Source of the DNA: Chiloscyllium plagiosum
Lineage: Eukaryota
Direction: 5' to 3'
DNA: 64,000 bases
Assembly: GCF_004010195.1 (NCBI RefSeq)
Contig: NC_057754.1
Coordinates: forward strand, 9,237,215 to 9,301,214
The notes below the pieces were generated by a model. The model saw nothing but the letters and a program-made list of their open reading frames with translations. It was not told the DNA's origin and searched no databases. The translations under genes were made by a program, and so were the position numbers. Each line of letters starts with the position of its first letter. Position 1 is the first letter of the stretch. This document shows, piece after piece, positions 62,768 through 64,000 of the stretch.

Positions 62768-63862
62768 ACGGAGAAACCGTGGAAATGTGGAGACTGTGGA
62801 AAGAGATTTAATTATCCATCTAGGCTAGAAATTCATCGACATAGTCACACTGGAGAGAAACCGTGGAAATGTGGAGACTGTGGGAAGGGATTCAATTATC
62901 CATCCCAGTTGGAAATCCATCGACGCAGTCACACCGGTGAAAAGCCATGGCAATGTGGAGTCTGTGGGAAGGGATTCAGTTACCCATCCCAGCTAGAAAC
63001 ACATCGACGCAGTCACACTGGAGAGGGGACCTTGACCTGCTTTGATTGTGAGGATGGATTTGTCGATGCGTCCAATGTGCTGACAGATGAGCAACTTCAT
63101 GCTGAGGTGAAGCCGTTCAGCTGCACTGACTGTGGGAAGACGTTCAGGCAGTCAGCCAGCCTCACTGTCCACCAGCGGGTTCACACTGGGGAAAGACCAT
63201 TCGGCTGTACTTACTGTGGGAAGACATTTAGGCAGTCAGGTGACCTCATTGAACACCAACGAATTCACACAGGGGAGAGGCCATTCACCTGTTCTGTATG
63301 TGGGAAAGGATTCACTCAGTCATCCAATTTGCTGACACACCAGCGAGTTCACACTGAGGAGAGGCCATTCATTTGCCCTTACTGTGGACAGAGGTTCAGG
63401 CACTCTGGCACCCTCACTGTACACCAGCGAGTTCACACTGGGGAGAGACCATTTATCTGTTCTGTGTGTGCGAAGGGGTTCACTCATTCATCCCATCTAC
63501 TGACTCACCAACGGGTCCACACTGGAGAGAAGCCATTCACCTGCTCCGTGTGCGGGAAGGGATTCACCGATTCGTCCACCCTACTGAAACACCAGCGAGT
63601 TCACACCGAGGAAAGACCGTTCAGCTGCACCTACTGTGGTAAGAGGTTTAGGCAGTCATCTGACCTCATTGTACACCAGCGGGTTCACACAGGGGAGAAA
63701 CCATTCACCTGCTCCGTTTGTGGGAAGGGATTCACTGATTCATCCAACCTGCTGAAACATCAACGAGTTCACACTGGAGAGAGACCATTCACCTGCTCAG
63801 AGTGCGGGAAGGGATTTATTGATTCATCCCAACTGCTTAGACACCAGCGAGTTCATGAGTAA
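62768..63862 (+). CDS. C2H2 zinc-finger protein (ZNF-C), 13 fingers (finger 4 degenerate); no in-frame ATG
   Basis: Open frame 62732-63862 with TGE[KR]P linkers. Acceptor 'gtaaacttcttttacag|aaattag' at 62438. The start position reads accACGg in place of accATGg (TEKPWKC). Confidence 0.8.
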   Translation, partial: TEKPWKCGDCGKRFNYPSRLEIHRHSHTGEKPWKCGDCGKGFNYPSQLEIHRRSHTGEKPWQCGVCGKGFSYPSQLETHRRSHTGEGTLTCFDCEDGFVDASNVLTDEQLHAEVKPFSCTDCGKTFRQSASLTVHQRVHTGERPFGCTYCGKTFRQSGDLIEHQRIHTGERPFTCSVCGKGFTQSSNLLTHQRVHTEERPFICPYCGQRFRHSGTLTVHQRVHTGERPFICSVCAKGFTHSSHLLTHQRVHTGEKPFTCSVCGKGFTDSSTLLKHQRVHTEERPFSCTYCGKRFRQSSDLIVHQRVHTGEKPFTCSVCGKGFTDSSNLLKHQRVHTGERPFTCSECGKGFIDSSQLLRHQRVHE

Positions 63863-64000
63863 CTGAGCAGATATATTTCTACTATTAATAGTCTTCTTTC
63901 AGCATGTGGAGAAGTTCCTAAGTGAAACTACAGAATGAGACCGTTTGACCCATTGTGATTGTACTGGCTTCTGAAAGAGTTAACCAGCTCGTCTGATTCA

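Overview
Eukaryotic, repeat-dense vertebrate DNA. The repeat content (HE1-type V-SINEs with (AATCT)n tails, CR1/HER1-type LINEs, Deu/SacSINE-like SINEs, Rex1/Babar and many Penelope-like elements) points to a cartilaginous fish, probably a shark; this is inference from repeat families. The window is part of a tandem C2H2 zinc-finger (ZNF) gene cluster with no visible KRAB/SCAN/BTB domain. It holds three intact single-exon finger arrays (11798-12889 minus, 12 fingers; 42658-44484 minus, 18 fingers; 62768-63862 plus, 13 fingers and no ATG), one clear ZNF pseudogene (35885-36640), smaller ZNF relics, and four CpG-island promoters, three of which share a cis-module. Between them are nested transposons: two solo LTRs with 4-bp TSDs, a TA-flanked pogo/Tigger-like DNA element, a faint ERV-like remnant, and many short fold-back Penelope-type inserts with 14-15 bp TSDs that carry minimal hammerhead-ribozyme cores with covarying stem II. 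Three N-gaps are present (19674-19987, 48262-48603, 61094-61603). Most short ORFs in the track are transposon-derived or spurious. Repeat boundaries were read by eye and are approximate.
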